Below are positions 56,271-64,000 of a DNA stretch of 64,000 nucleotides, one piece after another. The stretch covers positions 22,752 through 86,751 of the forward strand of contig DAOUCM010000094.1 in NCBI GenBank assembly GCA_034431895.1, read 5' to 3'. Both the position numbers and the translations under genes were made by a program. This DNA comes from Anaerolineales bacterium (GTDB lineage Bacteria; Chloroflexota; Anaerolineae; Anaerolineales; Villigracilaceae). Position 1 is the stretch's first letter, and the number at the start of each line of letters is the position of its first letter. A model generated the notes under the pieces. That model saw nothing but the letters and a program-made list of their open reading frames with translations, had not been told where the DNA came from and did not search any database.

Positions 56271-57524
56271 TCAAGGGGTGGCCGTTGCCGTCGAAGTGGC
56301 GGTTGGAGTCATGGTTGCCGTTGAGGTGGGCGTTGCCGTCCAGGTGGGTGTTATGGTTGCTGTGCTTGTCGGCACGGATGTGGAAGTCGGCGGCTGTGTC
56401 CCTTGGCGGACGATGCGCGCTGCCAGCCACAGGGCTTCATCCTTGCCTTTCGAGTCGTTGGCCAAGACGGTCAAGAAGAAGCGGACGTTCTTGCCGGCCA
56501 GGGAGCTCAAGTCTATGTCCACAGGATAGTATTTGCCTTCATAGACCTCGTGCCAGTCTTTCAGGATTTTGATGTCACCATCGCCGATACGATATTCTAG
56601 CCGAAACAACACATTGCAAGTCGTTGCGCCATATTGACAGTTGATGTCGGCCTTGAAATGGTCGCCAGATTGCACTTCGAAGGGCGGGTACTTCCCTTGG
56701 ATATAGCCGTTGGCTTTGTGATTGGGAACCGTCAACAAACCGGCCTGCTTTTGCGTCACGCCGTTTTCCATGCGGGGTTTGGATAGTTTGATCACATAGC
56801 CGTCGTCATCGCCTTCTTTGCCGGGGCAGGGCAGGCTGTTGCTGCTGCGGCTCTTCCATTCGGCCTCGCAAGCGTTGGCTACGAAGTCGTATGCCACATA
56901 TTCCGGCCCAGAGACATGGATGTCTACCCAAAAAGCGACATCGGCTTGCGCTCCAATACCAAAGAGAGCGCCGCTGGCATTGCGCAGTTTCCAATAGCCG
57001 CGATAGTGACCGTTCTGGCTTGGCGCTGTCAAGTTCACCGCCAAGTCAATGCTCTCGCCCGGATTCACGTTCCCTGGCAGGCTGGCAGAGGTGGGACCAC
57101 TCATCCTGTCGCCGCTGACGAACACCAGCGCGTAGGAGGGCGTCCAACTACAAGTTCCCACATTTTGCAGCCGCCATATCTTTTGAAATGTGCTTCCGCG
57201 CGTGATGACGCTCCCATCTGGGACGGTTACATCCTTGATGAAGGCTGCCGCGTCACAGCGGCTGAGCGGAACGGGTGATGAGGAAGGCGTAGCCGAAGAA
57301 AACATCAGCGGCGGCGTAGCCGAGGCGGCCAGTAAGCCCGCCGGAGAAGCCAGCGGCGTGGCGGCTACACTGCTGGCCATGGCTTCCAGAGTTTGGGCTG
57401 CGGCGGTGTAGAGCGGTTTCAAGGTTGCTGCTGCATCTGGCTGAGCAGGCGAAGTCAGGTTGCAGGCTAATGCAGAAACGATGAGAAGGGTCAAGGAGAA
57501 CAAGCGATGGAAGCGCGCGTTCAT
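56271..57524 (-). CDS. Lipoprotein with NBR1/FW-type Ig-like domain plus extra C-terminal domain and Thr/Pro/Ser tail (array member 3)
   Basis: SALAC lipobox, AAAQTLEAM, CDAAAFIKDVTVPDG...FQKIWRLQNVGTCSW, and a C-terminal ...TSTATITPTWTATPTSTATMTPTATSTATATP. GGAGG lies before the ATG. Confidence 0.85.
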   Translation of the reverse strand: MNARFHRLFSLTLLIVSALACNLTSPAQPDAAATLKPLYTAAAQTLEAMASSVAATPLASPAGLLAASATPPLMFSSATPSSSPVPLSRCDAAAFIKDVTVPDGSVITRGSTFQKIWRLQNVGTCSWTPSYALVFVSGDRMSGPTSASLPGNVNPGESIDLAVNLTAPSQNGHYRGYWKLRNASGALFGIGAQADVAFWVDIHVSGPEYVAYDFVANACEAEWKSRSSNSLPCPGKEGDDDGYVIKLSKPRMENGVTQKQAGLLTVPNHKANGYIQGKYPPFEVQSGDHFKADINCQYGATTCNVLFRLEYRIGDGDIKILKDWHEVYEGKYYPVDIDLSSLAGKNVRFFLTVLANDSKGKDEALWLAARIVRQGTQPPTSTSVPTSTATITPTWTATPTSTATMTPTATSTATATP

Positions 57525-57825
57525 AGAAAACCTCCAACTCTAAACACGGCAGAATGCCGTAAAGTATGCGTTAACCTGAATTCGGGATAAGCCTTCCAAC
57601 CGTCCCGCAAAGTACCCGCAGGGTGAAGGCTCGATTTTGCCCATACAATGGCTCGAAAAAGCCTTCGGGACGGTTATCCCGAGGGCGCCCAGGTGCTGGG
57701 ATGATAGCCTGTTTGGGCAGCAGTTACTTGTCCTGGCGCTTTTTCAGAGCACTGCCGCCCATTGGTTTGGCGTGCCAAAAAGTATACTATTTCTTGAAGA
57801 CGCCCATTTATCACCTTATGTTCCC

Positions 57826-57857
57826 AAACAAAAAGGCCGGAGCGCCAGCCCCGGCCT
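57826..57857 (-). terminator. Rho-independent terminator after array member 4
   Basis: Minus strand reads AGGCCGG-GGCTGGCGCT-CCGGCCT followed by TTTTTGTTTGGG. Starts 17 nt after the stop. Confidence 0.65.
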
Positions 57858-57873
57858 GCCTCGCTCTGGCTGT

Positions 57874-58839
57874 CTACTGACACAAATAGTCGAAATACGC
57901 CTTCCCGAAATCCTGCTCATTGGGAAAAGTGATCAACACCTGCATCCACTTGGTGCCAGGCGTCACGCCCAGGTGCATGGACCACTCGCGCGTCAGCGTT
58001 TGTGAACCGGCTTGTGTGAACTTCAATTTTTTCTCGCCGGTATCGTTGCCGTCGCTTTGCAGCCAGCGGTACCAGACTTCCACTGGGCCGTTGGTCGTAA
58101 TCGTCGCATAGACGGTGTACCACACATTGGTCGCACAGCCCGTCTCTGGCTTGCGGACGACCTTGTACGTCACCGCCGTCACGCCATAGGCGGGGGCAGA
58201 CGAATCGGTCACGTTGACCTGCACGTAGAAAGGCTGGTCATATTCGCCGACCCCAAATGCTCCGCCCCACGGCGACTTGATTTTCCAACTGCTGGTGTAC
58301 ATTCCGTTCGCAGCGGGCGCCTGCATGTAAAGCGTAATATCCACTTCATCTCCCGGCGGCACCACCTCGGGGAAGGGGTATTCGAGCAGACCGCCCATCA
58401 ACTCGCCGGACCAGTAGATGATTTTGTAGGTCGAGTCCCACGTGCAAGAACCGCCATTCCTGAGACGCCAGGTCTTCCAAAAATATTGTCCCGGCTTCAT
58501 GATTTGCCCATCGGGGATGGTCTCGCTGATGAGATTGGCCAGCAGGCACGGGGCTGTGGAACCGACCGGCGGCGGAGCCGTAGGCGGCGAGAAGGTGGGC
58601 GGAACGGCCTGGGTTGGCGTAGGCGTCTCCCCTTCCGCTTCGGGCGTGGACGTGGGGCCTGCTTCCGCTAAAGTGGGCGTGGAGGCGGCCTCGGCCGCTT
58701 GCGTGTCGTGCGCCGCCACTGTCATCGCCACGGCGGTCGTGATAGAGGGGTCGTCTGTCCCCTTCCCCCCGCAAGAGGTGACCAGCAACACAACCAGCAT
58801 CGAGATGGATAGAAAGATCAATCTTCCGTTTCTTTTCAT
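57874..58839 (-). CDS. Lipoprotein with NBR1/FW-type Ig-like domain plus second beta-rich domain (array member 4)
   Basis: LVTSCGG lipobox, CLLANLISETIPDGQ...FWKTWRLRNGGSCTW. Start set at ATG 58839. Confidence 0.8.
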   Translation of the reverse strand: MKRNGRLIFLSISMLVVLLVTSCGGKGTDDPSITTAVAMTVAAHDTQAAEAASTPTLAEAGPTSTPEAEGETPTPTQAVPPTFSPPTAPPPVGSTAPCLLANLISETIPDGQIMKPGQYFWKTWRLRNGGSCTWDSTYKIIYWSGELMGGLLEYPFPEVVPPGDEVDITLYMQAPAANGMYTSSWKIKSPWGGAFGVGEYDQPFYVQVNVTDSSAPAYGVTAVTYKVVRKPETGCATNVWYTVYATITTNGPVEVWYRWLQSDGNDTGEKKLKFTQAGSQTLTREWSMHLGVTPGTKWMQVLITFPNEQDFGKAYFDYLCQ

Positions 58840-58928
58840 CCTGATTCCTTTCGGCAACGAGTTCGAACATTGCCAGAAAATATTATACCGCCCTGAGATT
58901 AAAGAACACTCATAAACTCGCCCGAAAG

Positions 58929-58959
58929 TGCAGGGGCAAGTTTCAGACTTGCCCCTGCA
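58929..58959. repeat. Hairpin with perfect 13-bp stem (TGCAGGGGCAAGT / ACTTGCCCCTGCA) and 5-nt loop, after array member 5
   Basis: Read directly. Related to the hairpin at 61210..61236 and to hairpin 1 of the 48-bp repeat unit. Confidence 0.9.
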
Positions 58960-58986
58960 AAACAGCGCATGGAGAGGATTGCTTCT

Positions 58987-59904
58987 TTACGGACAACTGA
59001 AATTTGCCCTTCCGAACTGCTGGTGGTTGGGTTGGTCAATGTAAATGTCCATCCAATGAGAACCAGCAGCAGATACAAACCATTGAGTACTGACGCTCTT
59101 CGTCCCGGCGGCTGCAAATTCTATGGGAGCGTGAGCGGCGTTGTCGGTCGCGCCGTCGCTGCGAATCCATTTATAGGTGACGTTCCCAGCCCCGTTGGTT
59201 GTGATATTGGCGGTAATGGTGAAATTCCCACATGAGCCAGAAACGCTCATAGTAACGCTGGTGACGGCAAACGTCCCACTTCCCCCTCCTCCCCCTCCGT
59301 CGCCAACTTTGATGTCCACATAGAACTGCGTAAAAGTTACGCCGGCGGCGTTGCGCAGCGCCCACAACCCTTTATAAGAGCCGTTGGCGGATGGCGCTTT
59401 CAAATTGACAGAGATATCTACCGTCTGGCCAGGATTGACGTTGCCGGTCAGCGCCTGGCTGGCAGGTCCGCTCATGGCGTCTCCGCTTTGGAACACCACT
59501 GTATAGGAAGGCGTCCATGAGCAGGTGCCAATATTTTTCAGCCGCCAAGTCTTGACGAAGTTCTCGTTGGCAGACAAGGTCGTTCCGTCTGGAATCGTGA
59601 CATCGGTAATGAATTGGGCTTTGTCGCAATCCTGGGTTGCGGTAGCAGGTGGCGGCAGCGTTGGGAGCGGAGCCGCTGGCGTGGCCGTGGGAAGCGGTGC
59701 CGCCGGCGTGGCCGTGGCCGGCAGAGAAGTCGGCGTATTGACAAGAGCGGCTTGTGTCAGGCTGGCCTCCACAGTCTGGGCGGCGGCTGTCAGGATGGCG
59801 TTGGGGCTTTCTGTTGCCGTATTTTTAGATGGTAAATTGCAAGAGACCAGCAACATGCCCAGCACGAAGATAGTGAAGAGACGGTGATATGTAGAAATGT
59901 TCAT
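58987..59904 (-). CDS. Lipoprotein with NBR1/FW-type Ig-like domain plus C-terminal beta domain (array member 5)
   Basis: LLVSCN lipobox, AAAQTVEASLTQAA, CDKAQFITDVTIPDG...FVKTWRLKNIGTCSW, and a Gly6 linker. Start at ATG 59904, after GAGGA. Confidence 0.85.
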   Translation of the reverse strand: MNISTYHRLFTIFVLGMLLVSCNLPSKNTATESPNAILTAAAQTVEASLTQAALVNTPTSLPATATPAAPLPTATPAAPLPTLPPPATATQDCDKAQFITDVTIPDGTTLSANENFVKTWRLKNIGTCSWTPSYTVVFQSGDAMSGPASQALTGNVNPGQTVDISVNLKAPSANGSYKGLWALRNAAGVTFTQFYVDIKVGDGGGGGGSGTFAVTSVTMSVSGSCGNFTITANITTNGAGNVTYKWIRSDGATDNAAHAPIEFAAAGTKSVSTQWFVSAAGSHWMDIYIDQPNHQQFGRANFSCP

Positions 59905-59958
59905 TTTTCCTCGCAAGATAAATATTGTCACTATCACGAGCGTAAAGATTTTGTAGCA

Positions 59959-59997
59959 CGGCATTCATGCCGCATTGGGTTGCGGGATAAATCCCGC
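59959..59997 (-). terminator. Two short hairpins after array member 6 (weak terminator candidate)
   Basis: Contains GCGGGATAAATCCCGC and CGGCATTCATGCCG. On the minus strand they are followed by TGCTACAAAATCTTT, which is only a weak T tract. Confidence 0.35.
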
Positions 59998-59998
59998 G

Positions 59999-61117
59999 CT
60001 ACGGATGGTAAGTAATCGTTAACTTGGGTGTACCTGCGCCGCAGGTGACATAATCAGCCTGTGCATCGTTATCGGTGGGGCCGGCCGGGTGCAAACGAAT
60101 CTGGAAGCGGCTTTGGCCTTCGGTGACGCGCGTCTGGACGAGCGATTTCACGTCAATTGTAGTGGCGCCCGGTAGAGCGTTCAGCAGCTGGATGCCCGTC
60201 CCGCCGATGTTGTAATCCGTTTGGTCCAGCGGCAGGGCGTATTGTACCTCGCCTACCCAAATACCGGCTAGACTGCCAAACGGGTCTTGCATCTGAGAGC
60301 AACTGCTCAAATCCAACGCGGCGCTGACGATGGTCTTGCCGCTCAAAGAGGAGATGTCGAAACTCATATACCCGCGCGCCAGGTAATTCGTGCCGGTATC
60401 GCCGGCCAGGATGGTGCCATGCACCACAGCGATGCCCGAGGCGGGTTCGTATACTGTACCGCTTTCGGTGCCGCTCATGGCGTTGAGCGTGATGTTGACG
60501 TTCGAGGGCGGCGGGGTCTTGACTTTGATTTCTACCCATACTTGCGCAAACAACACGCCTGAAGCGTTGCGCAGTTTCCAGTAGCCTTTATAACTGCCTT
60601 CGGCAGCCGGGGCTTTGAGGTTGACCGAGATGTCCACGGTCTGGCCGGGGTTGACGTTGCCAATCAATGCTTGGGTGGCCGGACCGCTCATGGCATCGCC
60701 GTGGCTGAAAACAATAGCGTAGGAGGGAGTCCATGAACAAGCGCCGATATTCTTGAAACGCCAGGTCTTGGTGAAACTTTCATTGGGTGCAAATGTAGTG
60801 CCGTCATCCACCGTGATGTCGTCAATGAATTGCGCCACATCGCAGGGCGTGGTCGGCGACGGCGCGGGGGTGGGCGGCAGGCTGGTGGTTGGGATCGCCA
60901 GCGTAATGGTTGGCACAGGCGTGGCAGCCGCGCTTGTAGGCGGCAGCGTGGGCGGGTTGAGGATGGCGGCCTGGGTCAGGTTGGCTTCTACGGTTTGCGC
61001 AGCCGCCGTCAAAATCGTATCTGCGCTTTGGGTGGGCGGCGCGCTGGAGGGCAAATTACATGCCGACAGTGTAATTGTCAACAGCGCAATCAGGCTGAAT
61101 GATTTGCTTTTGTTCAT
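59999..61117 (-). CDS. Lipoprotein with NBR1/FW-type Ig-like domain plus ~170-aa C-terminal domain (array member 6)
   Basis: TLSACN lipobox, AAAQTVEANLTQAA, CDVAQFIDDITVDDG...FTKTWRFKNIGACSW. Confidence 0.85.
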   Translation of the reverse strand: MNKSKSFSLIALLTITLSACNLPSSAPPTQSADTILTAAAQTVEANLTQAAILNPPTLPPTSAAATPVPTITLAIPTTSLPPTPAPSPTTPCDVAQFIDDITVDDGTTFAPNESFTKTWRFKNIGACSWTPSYAIVFSHGDAMSGPATQALIGNVNPGQTVDISVNLKAPAAEGSYKGYWKLRNASGVLFAQVWVEIKVKTPPPSNVNITLNAMSGTESGTVYEPASGIAVVHGTILAGDTGTNYLARGYMSFDISSLSGKTIVSAALDLSSCSQMQDPFGSLAGIWVGEVQYALPLDQTDYNIGGTGIQLLNALPGATTIDVKSLVQTRVTEGQSRFQIRLHPAGPTDNDAQADYVTCGAGTPKLTITYHP

Positions 61118-61204
61118 AGCGATCTCCTCTTTATGAACAATGAGGTGATGGGCTTATTTTACATTAACATTTCTTGCCCGCCATACCCCCCCTTTCCTAA
61201 TGAA

Positions 61205-61236
61205 ACACAGTAGGGCAAGATGAAATCTTGCCCTAC
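61205..61236 (-). terminator. Terminator-like hairpin after the ABC ATPase gene
   Basis: GTAGGGCAAGAT-GAA-ATCTTGCCCTAC (12-bp stem). On the minus strand it is followed by TGTGTTTCATT. Confidence 0.5.
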
Positions 61237-61260
61237 CAAAAGAACAGATTCGACAAGATT

Positions 61261-62769
61261 TCAGGCTTGCGCGCCTGCCATCCACAACCCCAGTTGTTCG
61301 CGGGTGGCTGTTTTGCTGTCTACCGTAGCCACAATATGCCCGCGATACATGACGGCAATGCGATCCGAAAGCGCCATGATTTCATCCAGTTCAGCCGAGA
61401 TGAGCAAGACGGCAACGCCGCGGTCGCGCATGAGAACGATTTCTTTGTGGATGTATTCGATGGAACCCACGTCCAGGCCGCGCGTAGGCTGAGAGGCAAT
61501 CAGCAGTTTCACGTCCCGGCTGAGTTCGCGCGCTACGATGACTTTCTGCTGATTACCGCCCGACAACTTGGAAGCGGGTACGAAGGGCGAGGGCGTGCGC
61601 ACGTCGAAGTCCCGGATGAGTTTGCGGGCATTGGCGTCCACCGCTTCTTGCTGGATGACGATGCCTTTGGCAAAGGGCGGACGGTAGTAATTACAGAGTA
61701 CCATGTTATCGGCGATGGTATCGCTCAGCACCAGGCCATGCCGTTGGCGGTCTTCGGGAATATGCGCCATGCCAGATTCGATGATGGGGCGCGGCGGTTT
61801 GCCGGTCATATCTTGCCCGTTGATGATGATTTTTCCGCTTTTGACAGGCCGCAGACCGGTCAGCGCCTCTGCCAGTTGGGTTTGACCGTTTCCTTGCACG
61901 CCGGCAATGCCCAGCACTTCCCCGGCTCGCACCTCGAAGGAGACGCCGCGCACTGTTTCCAGGCCGCGGTCGTCAAGCGCGTGCAAGTTTTCCACTTTGA
62001 GGACTTCCTGCCCCGCTTTGGCCTGGCCTTTTTCTACTTTGAGGATGACCTCGCGTCCCACCATCATGGAGGCAAGTTTGGCTTCGGTCATTTCTTGGGG
62101 AATGACGGTGCCAACCACACGCCCGGCCCGCATGACCGTGATGCGGTCGGCAACGGCCAGCACTTCCTTGAGTTTGTGGGTGATGAAGATGATGGACACG
62201 CCGCGTTCGGTCAGTCCGCGCATGATGACGAACAATTCCTCGGCTTCTTGCGGCGTCAACACGGCCGTTGGTTCGTCCAGGATCAGGATTTGCGCATTGC
62301 GATACAAGGTTTTGACAATCTCTACCCGCTGCTGAAGGCCGACCGGCAATTGCCCAACCAGTGCATCAGGGTCAACATCCAATCCGTACTGATGTGAGAG
62401 TTCCCTTACTCTGGCAGAGACCGTTTTGCGGTCCAGCAAGCCGTTACGGGTGGTTTCGTTGCCCAACATGACATTCTCGGCTACGGTGAAGACTGGAACG
62501 AGCATGAAATGTTGATGCACCATGCCAATCCCCTGCGCAATCGAGTCGTTGGGGTCTTTGATGCGGACGGCTTTGCCGTTGACGAAGATTTCCCCCTCCT
62601 CCTGGTGATACAAGCCGTAGAGGATGTTCATCAAGGTAGTCTTGCCGGCGCCATTTTCGCCAAGCAGCGCATGAATCTCGCCCTTTTTCAGGTCGAAGTC
62701 CACTTTGTCGTTGGCCAGCACGCCGGGGAAGCGTTTGGTAATTTGTTTGGCTTCAAGGACAACAGTCAT
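61261..62769 (-). CDS. ABC transporter ATP-binding protein, duplicated NBD (sugar/nucleoside CUT2-type)
   Basis: 502 aa. First Walker A is GENGAGKTT. Signatures are LPVGLQQRVEI and LSGGNQQK. Two Walker B motifs are present (ILILDEPT, LLIASQPTRGLD). Confidence 0.9.
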   Translation of the reverse strand: MTVVLEAKQITKRFPGVLANDKVDFDLKKGEIHALLGENGAGKTTLMNILYGLYHQEEGEIFVNGKAVRIKDPNDSIAQGIGMVHQHFMLVPVFTVAENVMLGNETTRNGLLDRKTVSARVRELSHQYGLDVDPDALVGQLPVGLQQRVEIVKTLYRNAQILILDEPTAVLTPQEAEELFVIMRGLTERGVSIIFITHKLKEVLAVADRITVMRAGRVVGTVIPQEMTEAKLASMMVGREVILKVEKGQAKAGQEVLKVENLHALDDRGLETVRGVSFEVRAGEVLGIAGVQGNGQTQLAEALTGLRPVKSGKIIINGQDMTGKPPRPIIESGMAHIPEDRQRHGLVLSDTIADNMVLCNYYRPPFAKGIVIQQEAVDANARKLIRDFDVRTPSPFVPASKLSGGNQQKVIVARELSRDVKLLIASQPTRGLDVGSIEYIHKEIVLMRDRGVAVLLISAELDEIMALSDRIAVMYRGHIVATVDSKTATREQLGLWMAGAQA

Positions 62770-62919
62770 CGCTTATTTACTCCGTAGGATGGTTGACTCC
62801 CCTGCAAAAATCTTGAAGTTTCATCACGAAGGTACGCGTCACGGGGTTTCTCTTCATAAACATACTCCGTGTCTCTGTGGTTCGATTTTTATCTATTTGC
62901 AGTGGACTCATGATTTTCA

Positions 62920-63041
62920 TCATCGTAACACGATAAGAGGAGTGACATCGACTACAATCCTCATTTTTCTCCAAAGCGTTTCGCAATCTCGTGACTGGAG
63001 CGAGATTCGGCCTCCAATTCGTCGGATGCGTAATCAATCAC
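62920..63041 (-). pseudogene. Possible decayed toxin-antitoxin remnant (antitoxin C-terminus fragment plus truncated PIN-like N-terminus)
   Basis: Minus strand reads ...VIDYASDELEAESRSSHEIAKRFGEK-stop. Its TGA overlaps an ATG (ATGA) opening MRIVVDVTPLIVLR-stop. Both pieces are far too short to be functional. Confidence 0.25.
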
Positions 63042-63498
63042 TGAAAAGCCATGTCAGATAAGAGGTGATAGAAAGTTAACCTATCGCATCCAAAAACTTC
63101 AACCCCTAGCCCAGACGGTATTTTCCCCTGGGTATAAAGATGTCCCAATGTGTAGATCATGACTCTTCCGGGTAAAATCGTCTTGACCTTCTCTCGAGGA
63201 CATCAGTAATTCTTTGGGGAATACCACATTTATGCTTATGTTTGCAACTACCTTTCTAAAGTAGATAACTTCTCAGAACCGCCACAATTCTGTCAAAAAA
63301 CTTATCACACAGATATAGAGTCGCCGCGTCTTTCTTTGGTTTTTTTAACTCTCTGGGAATCGCCATAATTATTTCACCAGCAGTCTCCAAAGGGGATTAT
63401 ACTGCATTGCTGGCTGACGGCTTTGAAACTGCTGTAAGAACTGGGGGTATACCATTTGAGAACCAATGCACCAGTTTTTAGTATAGCAGCAGGATATG

Positions 63499-64000
63499 TT
63501 ATGGTATCCAATGCACCTCATACGGCGTAAGGACTGTTGGTAGTTCTGAAAAAGTCATTGTCTCTAAGTTCAATAAAATTACTTTTGACAGATTACAACC
63601 GTTGTTAACAGGTACAAATATAGGTATTGCAGTTATTCGATCATCGGGAGATAAATTTCCTAATGTGTTTTTGCATATAAACCCAGAACGGCGACTAGCT
63701 GGCGAAATTAGAGTGTCCAAAACTTCAGAAGGGTGTTCATTCTTAATTGATAAAGAGGGAGACAAAGATAAAATGTAAATGCCAAAAACATCGCTTGTAT
63801 TATCGTACTTATTAACTTCGCTCCTCCACACTGACGATACATCAAAAACCAAAATTTTTGAACTATCTCCCAGCCATTTCAATATTACATCTCCTGTTAA
63901 AATGTTCATTGTTTGTGGGTTGTCAATATCTGAAATCAATGCGATGTGTAAATAGTTGTTATAAGGAGGTCCAGATTCTTTTGTTGCTGGTTCTGTCCAA
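63499..64000 (-). CDS. Hypothetical protein in AT-rich island; 5' end beyond window edge
   Basis: The minus-strand frame is open from 64000 (…WTEPATKESGPPYNNYLHIALISDIDNPQ…) to the stop at 63499. About 30-38% GC by hand counts. No recognisable domain. Confidence 0.55.
   Translation of the reverse strand, partial: WTEPATKESGPPYNNYLHIALISDIDNPQTMNILTGDVILKWLGDSSKILVFDVSSVWRSEVNKYDNTSDVFGIYILSLSPSLSIKNEHPSEVLDTLISPASRRSGFICKNTLGNLSPDDRITAIPIFVPVNNGCNLSKVILLNLETMTFSELPTVLTPYEVHWIP

Noticed and set aside
57583-57681. An inverted pair in the lipoprotein-3 upstream region, CGGGATAA(GCCTTCCAA)CCGTCCCG against CGGGACGGTTATCCCG.
   Set aside because: It is a real complementarity, but short and interrupted. 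There is not enough evidence to call it a regulatory RNA, so it is noted only here.

Overview
A 64-kb, mostly ~55-65% GC bacterial chromosomal window. Gene content suggests a Chloroflexota/Anaerolineae-like anaerobe or facultative anaerobe, but that is an inference and no database search was possible. All product calls come from motif and architecture recognition in the supplied ORF translations, plus hand inspection of the DNA.

Gene content, left to right:
- Partial cooC-type Ni-insertion ATPase.
- Pat-like ADP-forming acetyl-CoA synthetase/GNAT fusion.
- Tandem USP.
- Two-subunit class I fumarase.
- Acyl-CoA dehydrogenase.
- The dnaG-rpoD pair.
- A Fur-family regulator with cbiMQO (Ni/Co ECF transporter).
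- An archaeal-type HMG-CoA synthase / thiolase / DUF35 operon, interrupted by a two-gene HNH module.
- A roughly 12.5-kb minus-strand redox cluster: hdrCBA-mvhDGA, hydrogenase protease, NuoE/F-like flavoprotein, Cys-type formate dehydrogenase, and a stand-alone cNMP-binding protein.
- A ~10.5-kb plus-strand envelope-glycan locus: two UbiA prenyltransferases, two GT-C glycosyltransferases, GT2, a Wzz-like protein, an O-antigen-ligase-like protein, and two sulfotransferases.
- An HK, rdgB and queG.
- A tandem array of six paralogous lipoproteins with an NBR1/FW-like Ig domain.
- An ABC ATPase.
- A terminal ~1.2-kb AT-rich (about 35-45% GC) island, probably foreign.

No rRNA, tRNA or CRISPR array was found.

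Most unusual signals:
1. Nine in-phase 48-bp tandem repeats, each a double hairpin, between ubiA-2 and the first GT-C gene.
2. A ~400-bp element with ~37-bp terminal inverted repeats enclosing four 60-bp double-palindrome repeats, downstream of dnaG.
3. The HNH plus small-partner module, translationally coupled inside the mevalonate operon.
4. The six-gene lipoprotein array.
5. The bacterial Hdr-Mvh-Fdh supercluster, which has a perfect CRP-type box upstream.
6. The twin-sulfotransferase glycan locus.

Several short intergenic motifs and hairpin families recur across the window.
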